Origin: a virus | Taxonomy: Duplodnaviria > Caudoviricetes | Direction: 5' to 3' (one strand) | IMG/VR virus record: IMGVR_UViG_3300031555_006395 | Span: 1-64,000 of that record | Length of the DNA stretch: 64,000 nt | Shown: piece by piece, positions 1-9,123 of the stretch | Numbering within the stretch: the stretch's first letter is position 1 | Layout: each line of letters opens with the position of its first letter | Notes under the pieces: generated by a model | Database searches by the model: none | Seen by the model: the letters and a program-made list of their open reading frames with translations, nothing else | What the model was told of the DNA's origin: nothing | Position numbers and translations under genes: made by a program

Positions 1-573
1 ATGAGCAAGGGTCTGACCTTCGCCTATTTCGAGTTTTGCGGCAGTAACCTTAAGGCTTCCGCTTTGTGTCCCTTGTACACGGAGGCAGGGATTCATAGCT
101 TTATGGGTCCCCATGTCAGGAAGTACGCCTGTCGCAGAAAAAAGGCCGGTGGCGCCTGCCGGAATAGCAGCGCTCTGCAATGCCCATAGCGTCATGTTTA
201 CACTGCTTGCGCCGTAGAAAATGCCAACGTATGTGTTATTTGTCGCATTGTTTTCTGAAATCAAAAAACTGATAGTTACTTTTTTCCCAACTAAATTCTC
301 GGTGTTCTCGATGGAGGTTTGCAGTGCGATATTGTTAACCTGTGCCCCACCGGTACCTATTTCCACTCCACCGTCTACTAATGTCAATACGCTGCCGCGG
401 GCAATCCATCGATCAAAGGCATAGGGATATGCTCCCACTCCGTCATATTCCGTCTGCCCCCGCTGGTTGACAGGGTTGCCGAAATACCAGTTGTCCAGCA
501 GATTCTTGTTAACTCCATTACCACCTGAAGATCCTCCAGATAGACTCCCTATATTACCTTTTCCCCAAGCCAT
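1..573 (-). CDS. Partial fibre/adhesin-type protein, runs off the left edge (191+ aa, missed by the ORF track)
   Basis: Open frame from ATG at 573: MAWGKGNIG...NKNLLDNWYFGNPVNQRGQTEY...AAKLEIGEGQTLAH. Same N-x-N-W..NPVN / KLE-G..QTLA domain occurs twice in the 730-aa protein at 4672-6864. Confidence 0.75.
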   Translation of the reverse strand, partial: MAWGKGNIGSLSGGSSGGNGVNKNLLDNWYFGNPVNQRGQTEYDGVGAYPYAFDRWIARGSVLTLVDGGVEIGTGGAQVNNIALQTSIENTENLVGKKVTISFLISENNATNNTYVGIFYGASSVNMTLWALQSAAIPAGATGLFSATGVLPDMGTHKAMNPCLRVQGTQSGSLKVTAAKLEIGEGQTLAH

Positions 574-816
574 TTACATCTCTCCTATCATCTCTTTAAT
601 GCGAGCGATTTCAGCTTTCTTTTTACGTACTTCATTTTCGAGATGACGTTTTAGGTACGTTCTACCTTCAATATCGTCACCTTCTGCGATCAGACGAGTA
701 TTCTCTTCAATCATTCTCTCCATCTGATCAACTTCAGCTTCTAATCCAAAGAGCTTGTCATACACAGACTCTTCTTCATTTTCTTCTAGAATTATATCTT
801 TAATAATCTCGTCCAT
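574..816 (-). CDS. Hypothetical acidic coiled-coil protein (80 aa)
   Basis: Tightly packed between neighbours; helical charged composition. Confidence 0.7.
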   Translation of the reverse strand: MDEIIKDIILEENEEESVYDKLFGLEAEVDQMERMIEENTRLIAEGDDIEGRTYLKRHLENEVRKKKAEIARIKEMIGEM

Positions 817-818
817 AA

Positions 819-1997
819 TTATTCCTCCTCATTATCTGTAAGAATATAACCCTCTTCACCAAAGACTCCTGACTTGAGATCTAGCTCTTTAACCCAGTCA
901 GGTAATTCCTCTCTGAGAGCTTCGAACTCAGCTTTCCCGCCAAACTCCTCATTCTTAACTTTCTCCATGAATTCGAAGAAAGTAATCTCAGGGATGATAC
1001 CAACCATCTCCTGACCACGAGCAGCACTCTGGGAGGTGTACATCATTTTTAGAACTTCTAGATCAATACTCTTTTCTAGATCTTTATAGCAGGAGTGATA
1101 GAACCTTTTTGCATTGAAGAAGTTCTGTTTAGCGAACATTGGTTTCTTCTCTAGGCACTGTACATAAGTGAAGTATTGACCTATCATCTGTTCAACAGCA
1201 AATCTTGTTACACCACCATTGAAAGGATTCTTCTTCTGGCAGAATTTAACTGCATTAATTGCCGCAGCTGTTGCTCCTACTTGACACAAATCCCAATTAT
1301 ACAGTGGTTCTCCACCATTCTCTTCAATACCAATTCTAGTGATCGAATGCTCACTACCAGTTTTCCACAAGTAGATTTGACTATCAATAAGATTAATCTG
1401 AAGCCCAGTACCTTCAATAGACATTCTAATCTTCCAGTTAAACTCACCGTCCTCCATAGCTCTCAGCTTACTAAAGCTAATACCCTGTTGACGAAGAAAT
1501 GGAACATTATAAAGCCTACCAAACACCCATGGATGGGTCACATCATTACGAGGCATAATTCTAGGAGGAACAGGCTGTCCGTTCTGAATCAACTGCATCC
1601 TCTGAGCAGAGCTCATATTTCCTTCAGGGACCTCTTGAAAGAAAGGTCCCTGAACCTCAATACTATTAGGAGTAATATTATTATACAACTCCTCTAACGC
1701 AAATGGACTCATCAAAACATCATCAGCATCCATGAATGTGATCCACTCTGTTTTACAAGCATCCAGCGCTCTCTGTCGAGCGAGACCAGGTCCTGTATTC
1801 TTCTCACAGTCAAGAATTGTAATATCTAATGTAGGATAGCGTTTCTTAAAATAAGAATACTTGCCATTATCCTCGGGAAAGTCATTAGCTAAAATAACGG
1901 TTACATCTGAACTCATTGATTGTATTAAAACCGAAGCTAGTAACTTATCCAATGTCCCCTCGGCCTTATACACAGGAACTCCTACAGTTATCTTCAT
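819..1997 (-). CDS. Glycosyltransferase family 2 (GT-A fold)
   Basis: N-terminal ITVGVPVYKAE, NTGPGLARQRAL and WITFMDADD (DxD) motifs; GGAGG ribosome site upstream. Confidence 0.88.
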   Translation of the reverse strand: MKITVGVPVYKAEGTLDKLLASVLIQSMSSDVTVILANDFPEDNGKYSYFKKRYPTLDITILDCEKNTGPGLARQRALDACKTEWITFMDADDVLMSPFALEELYNNITPNSIEVQGPFFQEVPEGNMSSAQRMQLIQNGQPVPPRIMPRNDVTHPWVFGRLYNVPFLRQQGISFSKLRAMEDGEFNWKIRMSIEGTGLQINLIDSQIYLWKTGSEHSITRIGIEENGGEPLYNWDLCQVGATAAAINAVKFCQKKNPFNGGVTRFAVEQMIGQYFTYVQCLEKKPMFAKQNFFNAKRFYHSCYKDLEKSIDLEVLKMMYTSQSAARGQEMVGIIPEITFFEFMEKVKNEEFGGKAEFEALREELPDWVKELDLKSGVFGEEGYILTDNEEE

Positions 1998-2024
1998 TAT
2001 ACACCTCCTATACTTGTTTAAAAT

Positions 2025-3737
2025 TTAGTAAGTATAAATACGAATATTATACGCAGTATTATACCAGTACGTCGTTGACTTAGTCCAAGTTATATCTAGT
2101 CCAACGATAGATGATGCATTATTAATTAACACAGTATTTAAAGTTGTAGAGTTAGCAGGAACCCGCAAATTAATTCGTCTATTAAAATTCTTACTAGCAT
2201 AACATCTACAGGCATTGGTAACTTTGCTTGAATTCCATGTGTGATTTCCGGCACTTAAATTCTTACAATTCTCATAAGCCATATACATATTAGTAACGTT
2301 GGCACCACAAACCGAGTTTCCACTCAAATTTAAACAATTAAGGTAAGCATAAGCCATATTAGTTACATTAGCACCACAAACGGGAGCGCCTGTGAGATTT
2401 TGACAATTTCGATAAGCACTCACCATACTAGTAACTTTTGCACCACAAACGGGAGCGCCCTTAATATTCCAACAGTTGTAATATGTGCCATCCATACGAG
2501 TTACGTTGGCTCCACAGACGGGAGCGCCTGTGAGATTTTTACAATTTTGATAAGCCATATACATATTTACAACCTTAGCTCCACAGGCGGGAGCACCTGT
2601 GAGACTACTGCATTGATAGTAAGCATAAGCCATATTAGTTACGTTGGCTCCACAGACGGGGTTGCCCTTAATATTACTGCATTGATAGTAAGCATTAGCC
2701 ATATTTATAACCTTAGCACCGCAAGCAGGAGCGCCTGTGAGACTACTGCAATCTCCGTAAGCGTAATACATGTTAGTTACATTGGCACCACAGGCAGGAG
2801 CGCCTGTGATACTACTCTGAGCATAAGCACTACTCATATCAGCAACCTTAGCTCCACATACGGGAGAGCCAGTAAAATCTGTGTTAAAAAAAGCATAACT
2901 CATATTGACCACATTAGGACCACAAGCAGGAGTGCCTGTCATAATAGAAGCCGCATAAGCATAACTCATATTGACCACATTAGGACCACAAGCGGCATTG
3001 ACATGACCATCAAAAAAAACTCTAGTATAAGCATTGGACATGTTGGTGACGTTGGGACCGCAGACGGGGTTACCGGTGAGGTTGCGACAACTTGAGTAGG
3101 CATTAGACATATCAGTAACATTGTTACCACAGACTGGAGATCCTGTTAATCTATCACAGCCCTGATAAGCCTTAGCCATATTTATAACCTTAGCTCCACA
3201 TACAGGGGCGCCTGTGAGTCCATGGCATGCCGAATAAGTGCCCGACATATTAGTTACGTTAGCACCGCAAGCAGGAGCGCCTGTGAGATGGTTACTAGCT
3301 AAATACGCATTAGCCATATTAATGACGTTGGGACCGCAGACGGGGTTGCCGGTGAGACCTCTACAGGTGTTGTACGCACCAGCCATATTAGTGACGTTGG
3401 GACCGCAGACGGGGGTGCCTGTTATTTCAGAAGAGTCATAAGCGTAATACATGTTAGTAACGTTAGGACCACATGCTGGGCTACCTGTCATACTATAACA
3501 CCCTCTATAAGCACAGGACATATCTAAGACATTAGACCCACTAGACGGTTGACTTTTCAGATTTCTACATATATTGTACATATTTGACATATTTACAATA
3601 CCTGGATGCTCAAAACTAACCTCAGTCAAGTAAGAGAATCCATTAAACTTATTACTAAAATCACCTGTAGACAAAGTAACATTATTAGGAATAACTAACT
3701 TCGTCATAAACGACTTATAAATCTCAAAATTTAGCAT
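2025..3737 (-). CDS. BspA/DUF285-like repeat solenoid adhesin (570 aa)
   Basis: About 20 tandem 21-23-aa repeats, consensus LTGxPxCGxNVxNMxxAYxxCxx. Confidence 0.8.
   Translation of the reverse strand: MLNFEIYKSFMTKLVIPNNVTLSTGDFSNKFNGFSYLTEVSFEHPGIVNMSNMYNICRNLKSQPSSGSNVLDMSCAYRGCYSMTGSPACGPNVTNMYYAYDSSEITGTPVCGPNVTNMAGAYNTCRGLTGNPVCGPNVINMANAYLASNHLTGAPACGANVTNMSGTYSACHGLTGAPVCGAKVINMAKAYQGCDRLTGSPVCGNNVTDMSNAYSSCRNLTGNPVCGPNVTNMSNAYTRVFFDGHVNAACGPNVVNMSYAYAASIMTGTPACGPNVVNMSYAFFNTDFTGSPVCGAKVADMSSAYAQSSITGAPACGANVTNMYYAYGDCSSLTGAPACGAKVINMANAYYQCSNIKGNPVCGANVTNMAYAYYQCSSLTGAPACGAKVVNMYMAYQNCKNLTGAPVCGANVTRMDGTYYNCWNIKGAPVCGAKVTSMVSAYRNCQNLTGAPVCGANVTNMAYAYLNCLNLSGNSVCGANVTNMYMAYENCKNLSAGNHTWNSSKVTNACRCYASKNFNRRINLRVPANSTTLNTVLINNASSIVGLDITWTKSTTYWYNTAYNIRIYTY
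2255..3600 (-). repeat. Intragenic tandem ~66-bp repeat array
   Basis: 18 CG-core repeats counted in the protein plus degenerate flanking copies; near-identical DNA copies, e.g. tgacgttgggaccgcagacgggg recurs near 3047, 3323 and 3393. Boundaries approximate. Confidence 0.85.
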
Positions 3738-3749
3738 CGTTATTCCTCC

Positions 3750-4034
3750 TTACAAGATTATTCTAGGATCATCAGGTACTACTAGTTCATTACTAGAGAC
3801 TCCGCCGAGAGTCTCCTTCCATCCGGTAATAGTAGCAGTTCCGTCAGAATTTAAGACATAATCAAAGTCTATTAACAGTTCTGTAAAAGGGTCACTCTCA
3901 TAACAAAGGTGATACTTTCCATTCTTTACTAAGAATGCCTTTTTAACAGCTTTGTGACACCCCTGATAAGTAATGTATGCTGATGTCCCTATTTTATAAA
4001 CTCTGTCGAGAGTTACTCCAAGAATATTAGGCAT
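3750..4034 (-). CDS. Small fibre-associated protein, probable N-terminal partner of the BspA-like protein
   Basis: Contains FDYxxNxDGTATITG...LVVP, resembling the cap that precedes BspA-type repeats. Confidence 0.6.
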   Translation of the reverse strand: MPNILGVTLDRVYKIGTSAYITYQGCHKAVKKAFLVKNGKYHLCYESDPFTELLIDFDYVLNSDGTATITGWKETLGGVSSNELVVPDDPRIIL

Positions 4035-4045
4035 ACTTACTCACC

Positions 4046-4600
4046 TCATTCGCCTATAATCACATATAAGGTTCCCTCGGGATAAGGACTTGGATCTCCA
4101 TCGTTAACTTCTTCTGCTCCGATCTGAATTGAAGGAGCAGCTCCTATCATCTCAGGAGTAATAGGATCACTACCACCGACACTATGCTGAGATGCATGAG
4201 TTGCATGAGCAGCACCTATAGTCTCAGGAGTAATCATATTGATGACACCAGGATCTATATCGTTCCAACTAACTTCCAAAGTTAGTACTGCAATATCTTT
4301 GGTAGGCACTTTCTTAGAATAACTATATACGCCGCCATTATAACATCTACATAGATTGGAGATGTCTGCATTTGCATCTGCAATATCTGAAGTGGATAAT
4401 ACCATCTCAGGAGTCATGTTCTCCTGTATTCCTTCGACAGATAAACTTGCCCTATAGATATAGCCATCATCTATAAGTTTCTGCTCTTCAGCATTCTCTG
4501 CAGTAAAAGTAACGAAGCTAGCTACTTCAAGTGCCAGATTACTATAGTGGAGAGAATTACCACCACTATTACTTTTATTAGGTATATTATTAATAATCAT
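4046..4600 (-). CDS. Tail-fibre-like protein
   Basis: HASQHSVGGSDPITPEMIGAA and duplicated ITPExIGAA motifs, C-terminal GTLYVI; ATG at 4600 follows AAAGGAG. Confidence 0.6.
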   Translation of the reverse strand: MIINNIPNKSNSGGNSLHYSNLALEVASFVTFTAENAEEQKLIDDGYIYRASLSVEGIQENMTPEMVLSTSDIADANADISNLCRCYNGGVYSYSKKVPTKDIAVLTLEVSWNDIDPGVINMITPETIGAAHATHASQHSVGGSDPITPEMIGAAPSIQIGAEEVNDGDPSPYPEGTLYVIIGE

Positions 4601-4641
4601 TGTTTTCACTCCTTTCTAAAGGATCACAATAAAAATGTAAA

Positions 4642-4673
4642 AATAAAAAGGCCCTGATAGGGCCTTTTTTATT
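4642..4673. terminator. Bidirectional-looking intrinsic terminator
   Basis: AATAAAAAGGCCCT-GAT-AGGGCCTTTTTTATT. Confidence 0.75.
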
Positions 4674-6864
4674 AGACGCAGAATGCGAAAGAGATTGCTC
4701 TACTTGAAGCTGAACCAGAGTATGTGCTAATAGCGCCATTATAAGCACTACAATATCCATCCATACTCTTCGCTACAGTACGCAGCCATGAACTAAAATT
4801 GGTATATCCATTATCCGTATAGTACTGATATTGATTACCTTCTTCTCCAGCTCTTGAATGGGAATAAGCACCTGTTAATTCCGACTCAGATAGCAAGAAC
4901 AAACTATCTTCGGTAGTGCGGAGAGGTTGAGAACTCCATCCATAACCAAGCTTATTTACAGTAACAATAACATCAGTTAACTCTGTAGGCATAGTCCCTT
5001 TAATGCTAGGTAAAGTAGTACCTTTCATCGCCGAACTACCCCATCCACCCGATACAGAAGTAGAAGAAGTCATTGTGTAATAAGCAGAAGTTTTACCTAC
5101 CATCTGGAATGTTATGCCAGCTTTAGAACGACCATAAGCAGCAGAGTCTGATACATCATCGTGGTCAAATCCGATAATCTGGAAATCATAGGATGCACCA
5201 TCAATATCAACGGGGATAGTATCTCCGATATTCCAGACAGACGAAGCCTGTCCTGATTTAGAAATAGCAGAAATAGTAGCCCAATTATTCTCCGCTAATG
5301 TAAAAGAGACGTCATCAAAGAGCGTTTTTTGATAAGCAATATCTTTCCACTCTACTGCAAAGACCACCATACTATCAGGAATACTCTCGGCTGTAAAAGT
5401 TAAAGTATTATCACCTTGGGCAGAACAGTAGATGCCATATTTAGTAACAAGATCCGTATTCTCTTTATTATAAGGAGATACCTCAATGCTTTGTTTAGTT
5501 TCATCAGCTAAGATACCCTCCACAGATACAGTCTGAGTGTTAGTCTCTGCATCCCAAGCAGAAGGAGTAAGGTATACTTTAGTCATAAAGGTAGAATTAG
5601 AAGTAGTAGGGGTCCCAATATAATTTGTTACGCAATAGTCTGATAGGGTAGAAGGGATCAGCTCATACTGTACGCATTTTGCCATTTCTTGATCATAATT
5701 TGACCCTTCAATTAAAACATATCTTCCGTTGTCTTCTTGATATGCTAGAGTCTGTCGGTCCCCTTTTTCTATTTTTATCGCGCGAACAACAAAAGTAGCG
5801 CCAGGATAAGCTCCTAATGTAACAATCATTCTTGATGGACCAACCTCTTGTATCTTCGTTCCAAAGAGAGTTAGACCACCTACTATGGTACCATCACTAG
5901 AATATATTCTAACGCCAGCACCATTCGATGTAGTCAAATAATGTGTTTCAGTAAATAATCCATCTGTAGTTAATACTGTAAAAGTATATGGTCCGTTATC
6001 TAAAGAGAATGAAACAGCCTGACTTAAAAAAGCATATCCGGTACCACTATTTTCAGTGAGTTGCATTCCGTAAGAATCCTCTCTTACAGTTGCATTTGAA
6101 CTTGCTCCAATCGTCCATCCATCAAAGCCTGTTCCTGCCTCAGTATAGCTAGATTGCCCTAAGCGATTCACTAAATACAAACAATCCCAGTTTCGAAGAA
6201 TATTTGGCCGACATCGTTGATGCCCAATAAATGCATCGTCATATAAACTATACATTTGACATTTAGCAAATTGTTCTGCATAGTCAGACGTATCGGTTAA
6301 ATCCCACTCACCATAATCGTTCGTATTCGCCAAAGTTTGAACGGCACCGCTTTCGAGTTTTACAGCTTTGATTGCTGTTTGATGTCCCGCAGCAACACCG
6401 ATTTGAACAAAGTATTCATTTTCTGTATCTGTATATCCAAATTGTAAACTGCCGAAAGTACAATCTACCTGTGCGCCACTATCGATATCGCCAGAAACAA
6501 AACTTACCCCATTTTCATTCAAAACAGAAAAAGTAACGACACCATTGAGATCTCCGCCGCAGTACTGCACGAAATACATTGTCTCAGAACCGGCAGTATT
6601 ATCTAACAAGATAGATCCATCATTCAAATTAACTACACCAACGTCTGTAGTCTTTTTCCATCTATTAATCGTAAAACCAGCGGCAGAATACGCAGTTTTT
6701 CCTAATTCATTGACTGGGTTACCCCAGTTCCAGTTTATAATAAAGTTTGGGTTGGACGCTTTGGCAAGCAAAGCGTCCACCTCTTCCTTATTATAAAACT
6801 TCTCTTTTATTTTATCCCATAGATGAGTAATACCTACAGAATCGAGATATTTTATAATATTCAA
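4672..6864 (-). CDS. Tail fibre / receptor-binding protein with C-terminal DUF6273-like domain (730 aa)
   Basis: N-terminal YLDSVGITHLWDKIK; two internal repeated domains; C-terminal YDFQIIGFDHD...WLRT...AFCV. Confidence 0.7.
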   Translation of the reverse strand: MNIIKYLDSVGITHLWDKIKEKFYNKEEVDALLAKASNPNFIINWNWGNPVNELGKTAYSAAGFTINRWKKTTDVGVVNLNDGSILLDNTAGSETMYFVQYCGGDLNGVVTFSVLNENGVSFVSGDIDSGAQVDCTFGSLQFGYTDTENEYFVQIGVAAGHQTAIKAVKLESGAVQTLANTNDYGEWDLTDTSDYAEQFAKCQMYSLYDDAFIGHQRCRPNILRNWDCLYLVNRLGQSSYTEAGTGFDGWTIGASSNATVREDSYGMQLTENSGTGYAFLSQAVSFSLDNGPYTFTVLTTDGLFTETHYLTTSNGAGVRIYSSDGTIVGGLTLFGTKIQEVGPSRMIVTLGAYPGATFVVRAIKIEKGDRQTLAYQEDNGRYVLIEGSNYDQEMAKCVQYELIPSTLSDYCVTNYIGTPTTSNSTFMTKVYLTPSAWDAETNTQTVSVEGILADETKQSIEVSPYNKENTDLVTKYGIYCSAQGDNTLTFTAESIPDSMVVFAVEWKDIAYQKTLFDDVSFTLAENNWATISAISKSGQASSVWNIGDTIPVDIDGASYDFQIIGFDHDDVSDSAAYGRSKAGITFQMVGKTSAYYTMTSSTSVSGGWGSSAMKGTTLPSIKGTMPTELTDVIVTVNKLGYGWSSQPLRTTEDSLFLLSESELTGAYSHSRAGEEGNQYQYYTDNGYTNFSSWLRTVAKSMDGYCSAYNGAISTYSGSASSRAISFAFCV

Positions 6865-6877
6865 TCAATTCACCGCC

Positions 6878-7864
6878 TTAGTCAGCGATAGCTTCATCAA
6901 TCTCCGCAGTAGTCAGTGCAACGACATCAGCAGAAGCCAGGTAGTCAGCAGCTACATTGTTCCATTTCTCAACATCGCCAGTAGCAATTAGATCCAGCTC
7001 AGCTTTGTTGGTGTGCGCATGATCTTTCTCATCAGCGTAAGCTTTAGCATCAGCAAGAGCCTGAGCAATTTTACCTTCTGCAGCGTCAGCTTTGTCCAAA
7101 GAAGTCTGAACTTCGGTAGACAGTTTAGCTTTAGTTACATTAGCATCAGCAATTTTAGCAGTAGTAACTGCGTTATCTGCTAGTTCGGTAGTACCAACAG
7201 AACCTGCCACGATAGTTGCAGAAATTTCTCTGGTAGCCTCATCGATAGCAATCTGTACCTGAGTAGCGCCAGCTTTCGCTTTATACAGATCAACCAGAGT
7301 GCCTACATTAATGAACAGAGGCTCAGCAACATTAGCCAGAACCAGTTTGATGTAGGTGCCCTCAGCCTGACCTTCAGGATTTACAACTACTTCACCAGAT
7401 TCAACTACCATGTCTTTGGGAATATCGATTACACCAACAGTAGCTTCGCCCTGTTTGATGGTGTAAGATTTCAATGCACCCTCAGTAGTAGTGTCAGTGG
7501 TAACAGTAACAACAGCGGCAGTACCGCCGGTACCAACAGCAGCCAATACCTCATTGATAGCGCCAACAACAGTTTTGTTTGTAGTGCTTAGCGAATCAAC
7601 ATTACCGAGGTCTAGTTCTAGCGCATCGGCATCAGCCTGAGCAGCATCAGCTTTATCTTCTACACCTTGAATAATTTCATTTAGCTCTGTTTTTGCAGCA
7701 GCAATCTTTTTGTCTACAGAACCGTCAACAGTTGCATCACCATTCAGTTTGGTAATAGCAGCGGTGTTCTCTGCAACAGCGCCATTTGCTAGCTCATTGA
7801 TTTTCGCAGTAATTTTAGCCCATAGATGTTTAAGGCCTACTGAATCAAGAAACTTCATTGCCAT
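6878..7864 (-). CDS. Tail fibre shaft-like protein
   Basis: N-terminal FLDSVGLKHLWAKI, Ala/Thr-rich coiled segments, DNAVTTAKIADANVTKAKL motif, C-terminal LTTAEID; ATG at 7864 follows AAGGAG. Confidence 0.7.
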   Translation of the reverse strand: MAMKFLDSVGLKHLWAKITAKINELANGAVAENTAAITKLNGDATVDGSVDKKIAAAKTELNEIIQGVEDKADAAQADADALELDLGNVDSLSTTNKTVVGAINEVLAAVGTGGTAAVVTVTTDTTTEGALKSYTIKQGEATVGVIDIPKDMVVESGEVVVNPEGQAEGTYIKLVLANVAEPLFINVGTLVDLYKAKAGATQVQIAIDEATREISATIVAGSVGTTELADNAVTTAKIADANVTKAKLSTEVQTSLDKADAAEGKIAQALADAKAYADEKDHAHTNKAELDLIATGDVEKWNNVAADYLASADVVALTTAEIDEAIAD

Positions 7865-7876
7865 ATTTTTCACTCC

Positions 7877-8491
7877 TTAATTTAAATTATCTAGAATCGC
7901 ATCAATTTCATCTTCGGAAAGGGAGGTCACTTCTGTTTGCAGAATGTAATCTCCTGCCGGCTGAAAAATTTCTGCGCTTTCTTCTTTTGTGTAATAATTG
8001 CCGCCTGTAACACTTACATCGACCCACTCAACATCTCTATCTTCGTCAGATACTTTAGCTAACACTTGTCCGGCTTCTCCGCCAGTGGGAAAAGCATTGA
8101 CCCACTGTTCCCAAATTGTAGGAGTGGGTACAGAGTCCATTCCGTCAGAAGATGCATGATCGGCAACAGAATAAAAAAGATTTACCGTATGTACTTGTTT
8201 ACCATCAGCTACGCCGGTAAATACAATTCGACCAAGATTATTTGCATCAGTAGGTTCCGCAGTTGCTTCTGGGGGTACGTCAATAATCTCATCTGTTTTA
8301 ATGAGTAAATCTACTGGATCGATATAAGGCGGGTGAAAAGTTGCGATAATCGTTAATCCATCCCAATACTCGTCGGCAGTAATTCGTATTTGTTCAACGC
8401 CATGACTGCCAGCTGTACCAAGAAACAAAATCGCACTTGATTCATTTAATACATCAGCGACATATTTTGTTAAGTGAATATCATGTATCAC
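7877..8491 (-). CDS. Baseplate/fibre attachment protein (BppU-like N-terminus)
   Basis: GGEAGQVLAKVSDEDRDVEW fibre motif; C-terminal LSEDEIDAIL. Confidence 0.6.
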   Translation of the reverse strand: MIHDIHLTKYVADVLNESSAILFLGTAGSHGVEQIRITADEYWDGLTIIATFHPPYIDPVDLLIKTDEIIDVPPEATAEPTDANNLGRIVFTGVADGKQVHTVNLFYSVADHASSDGMDSVPTPTIWEQWVNAFPTGGEAGQVLAKVSDEDRDVEWVDVSVTGGNYYTKEESAEIFQPAGDYILQTEVTSLSEDEIDAILDNLN

Positions 8492-8526
8492 ACCTTCTCA
8501 TCTCCTTACATATAAAATAGGGTCGC

Positions 8527-8976
8527 TTATTTTATCGTCGCCAATCCAATGCATATCGCTTCGGCAACGTCTTCGGTGACGGTAAGATCAAAGTGATTTA
8601 AAACTAAATCTTTAGCCTGTATTTTTAGATCTTTGCGCTTAACCCCTTTACCTTGTTTAAATTCCAACTTTTTTCTCCATTCGGTTGGCTTTATGATAAA
8701 ACAAGTGATATTGTTTTTGGAGCATGTTTGAATAATTGCCCCTTGTAGCCGAGAAAGAAGAATTAATACAGATGGGTTAGTTTGTAACGCAACATCTTCG
8801 ATTACAACGCAGTCCGGTGAAATTTGTTCAATCATGTCGCATATCGTTTTTTGCATTAGTATTTCCTTGCCATTTTCTTTCGAATAATCAATCAAACCAT
8901 AATTGGCAAGGCATTTATCTTGATACACAGCATAACCAGACTTCGTAGTTGACTGATCAAAAGCTAAAAGCTTCAT
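8527..8976 (-). CDS. ruvC: RuvC-like Holliday junction resolvase
   Basis: LLAFDQSTTKSG, VVIED, PTEWRKKL and EDVAEAICIG RNase H-fold acidic motifs; ATG at 8976 follows AGGAG. Confidence 0.8.
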   Translation of the reverse strand: MKLLAFDQSTTKSGYAVYQDKCLANYGLIDYSKENGKEILMQKTICDMIEQISPDCVVIEDVALQTNPSVLILLSRLQGAIIQTCSKNNITCFIIKPTEWRKKLEFKQGKGVKRKDLKIQAKDLVLNHFDLTVTEDVAEAICIGLATIK

Positions 8977-8996
8977 TATAAATCTCCTATATTGAT

Positions 8997-9016
8997 GGGC
9001 GGAGAATCCTCCGCCC
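8997..9016. terminator. GC-rich hairpin downstream of the major tail gene
   Basis: GGGCGGAG-AATC-CTCCGCCC; no clear U-tract. Confidence 0.5.
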
Positions 9017-9027
9017 AACTTACCATT

Positions 9028-9105
9028 TTAATTCGCAACTCCATTTTTGATCGAAGAAGTCAGTCCATCATTCACTTTCAGAAATGTCTTGCGAAACTTT
9101 TCCAT
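9028..9105 (-). CDS. Possible 25-aa micro-ORF MEKFRKTFLKVNDGLTSSIKNGVAN
   Basis: AGGTG upstream; fills the gap after the major tail gene. Confidence 0.35.
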   Translation of the reverse strand: MEKFRKTFLKVNDGLTSSIKNGVAN

Positions 9106-9123
9106 ATATTACTACACCTAAAA

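Noticed and set aside
1-424. Plus-strand ORFs 1-189 and 221-424
   Set aside because: They are shadows of the real minus-strand fibre-domain gene at 1-573.
1176-3441. Plus-strand ORFs 1176-1697, 2400-3095 and 3238-3441, some with apparent repeats
   Set aside because: Antisense to GT2 and the repeat adhesin; the periodicity simply mirrors the 66-bp repeat.
2255-3600. Possible CRISPR array
   Set aside because: The repeats are in-frame coding units without unique spacers; no CRISPR array or cas gene was seen in the window.
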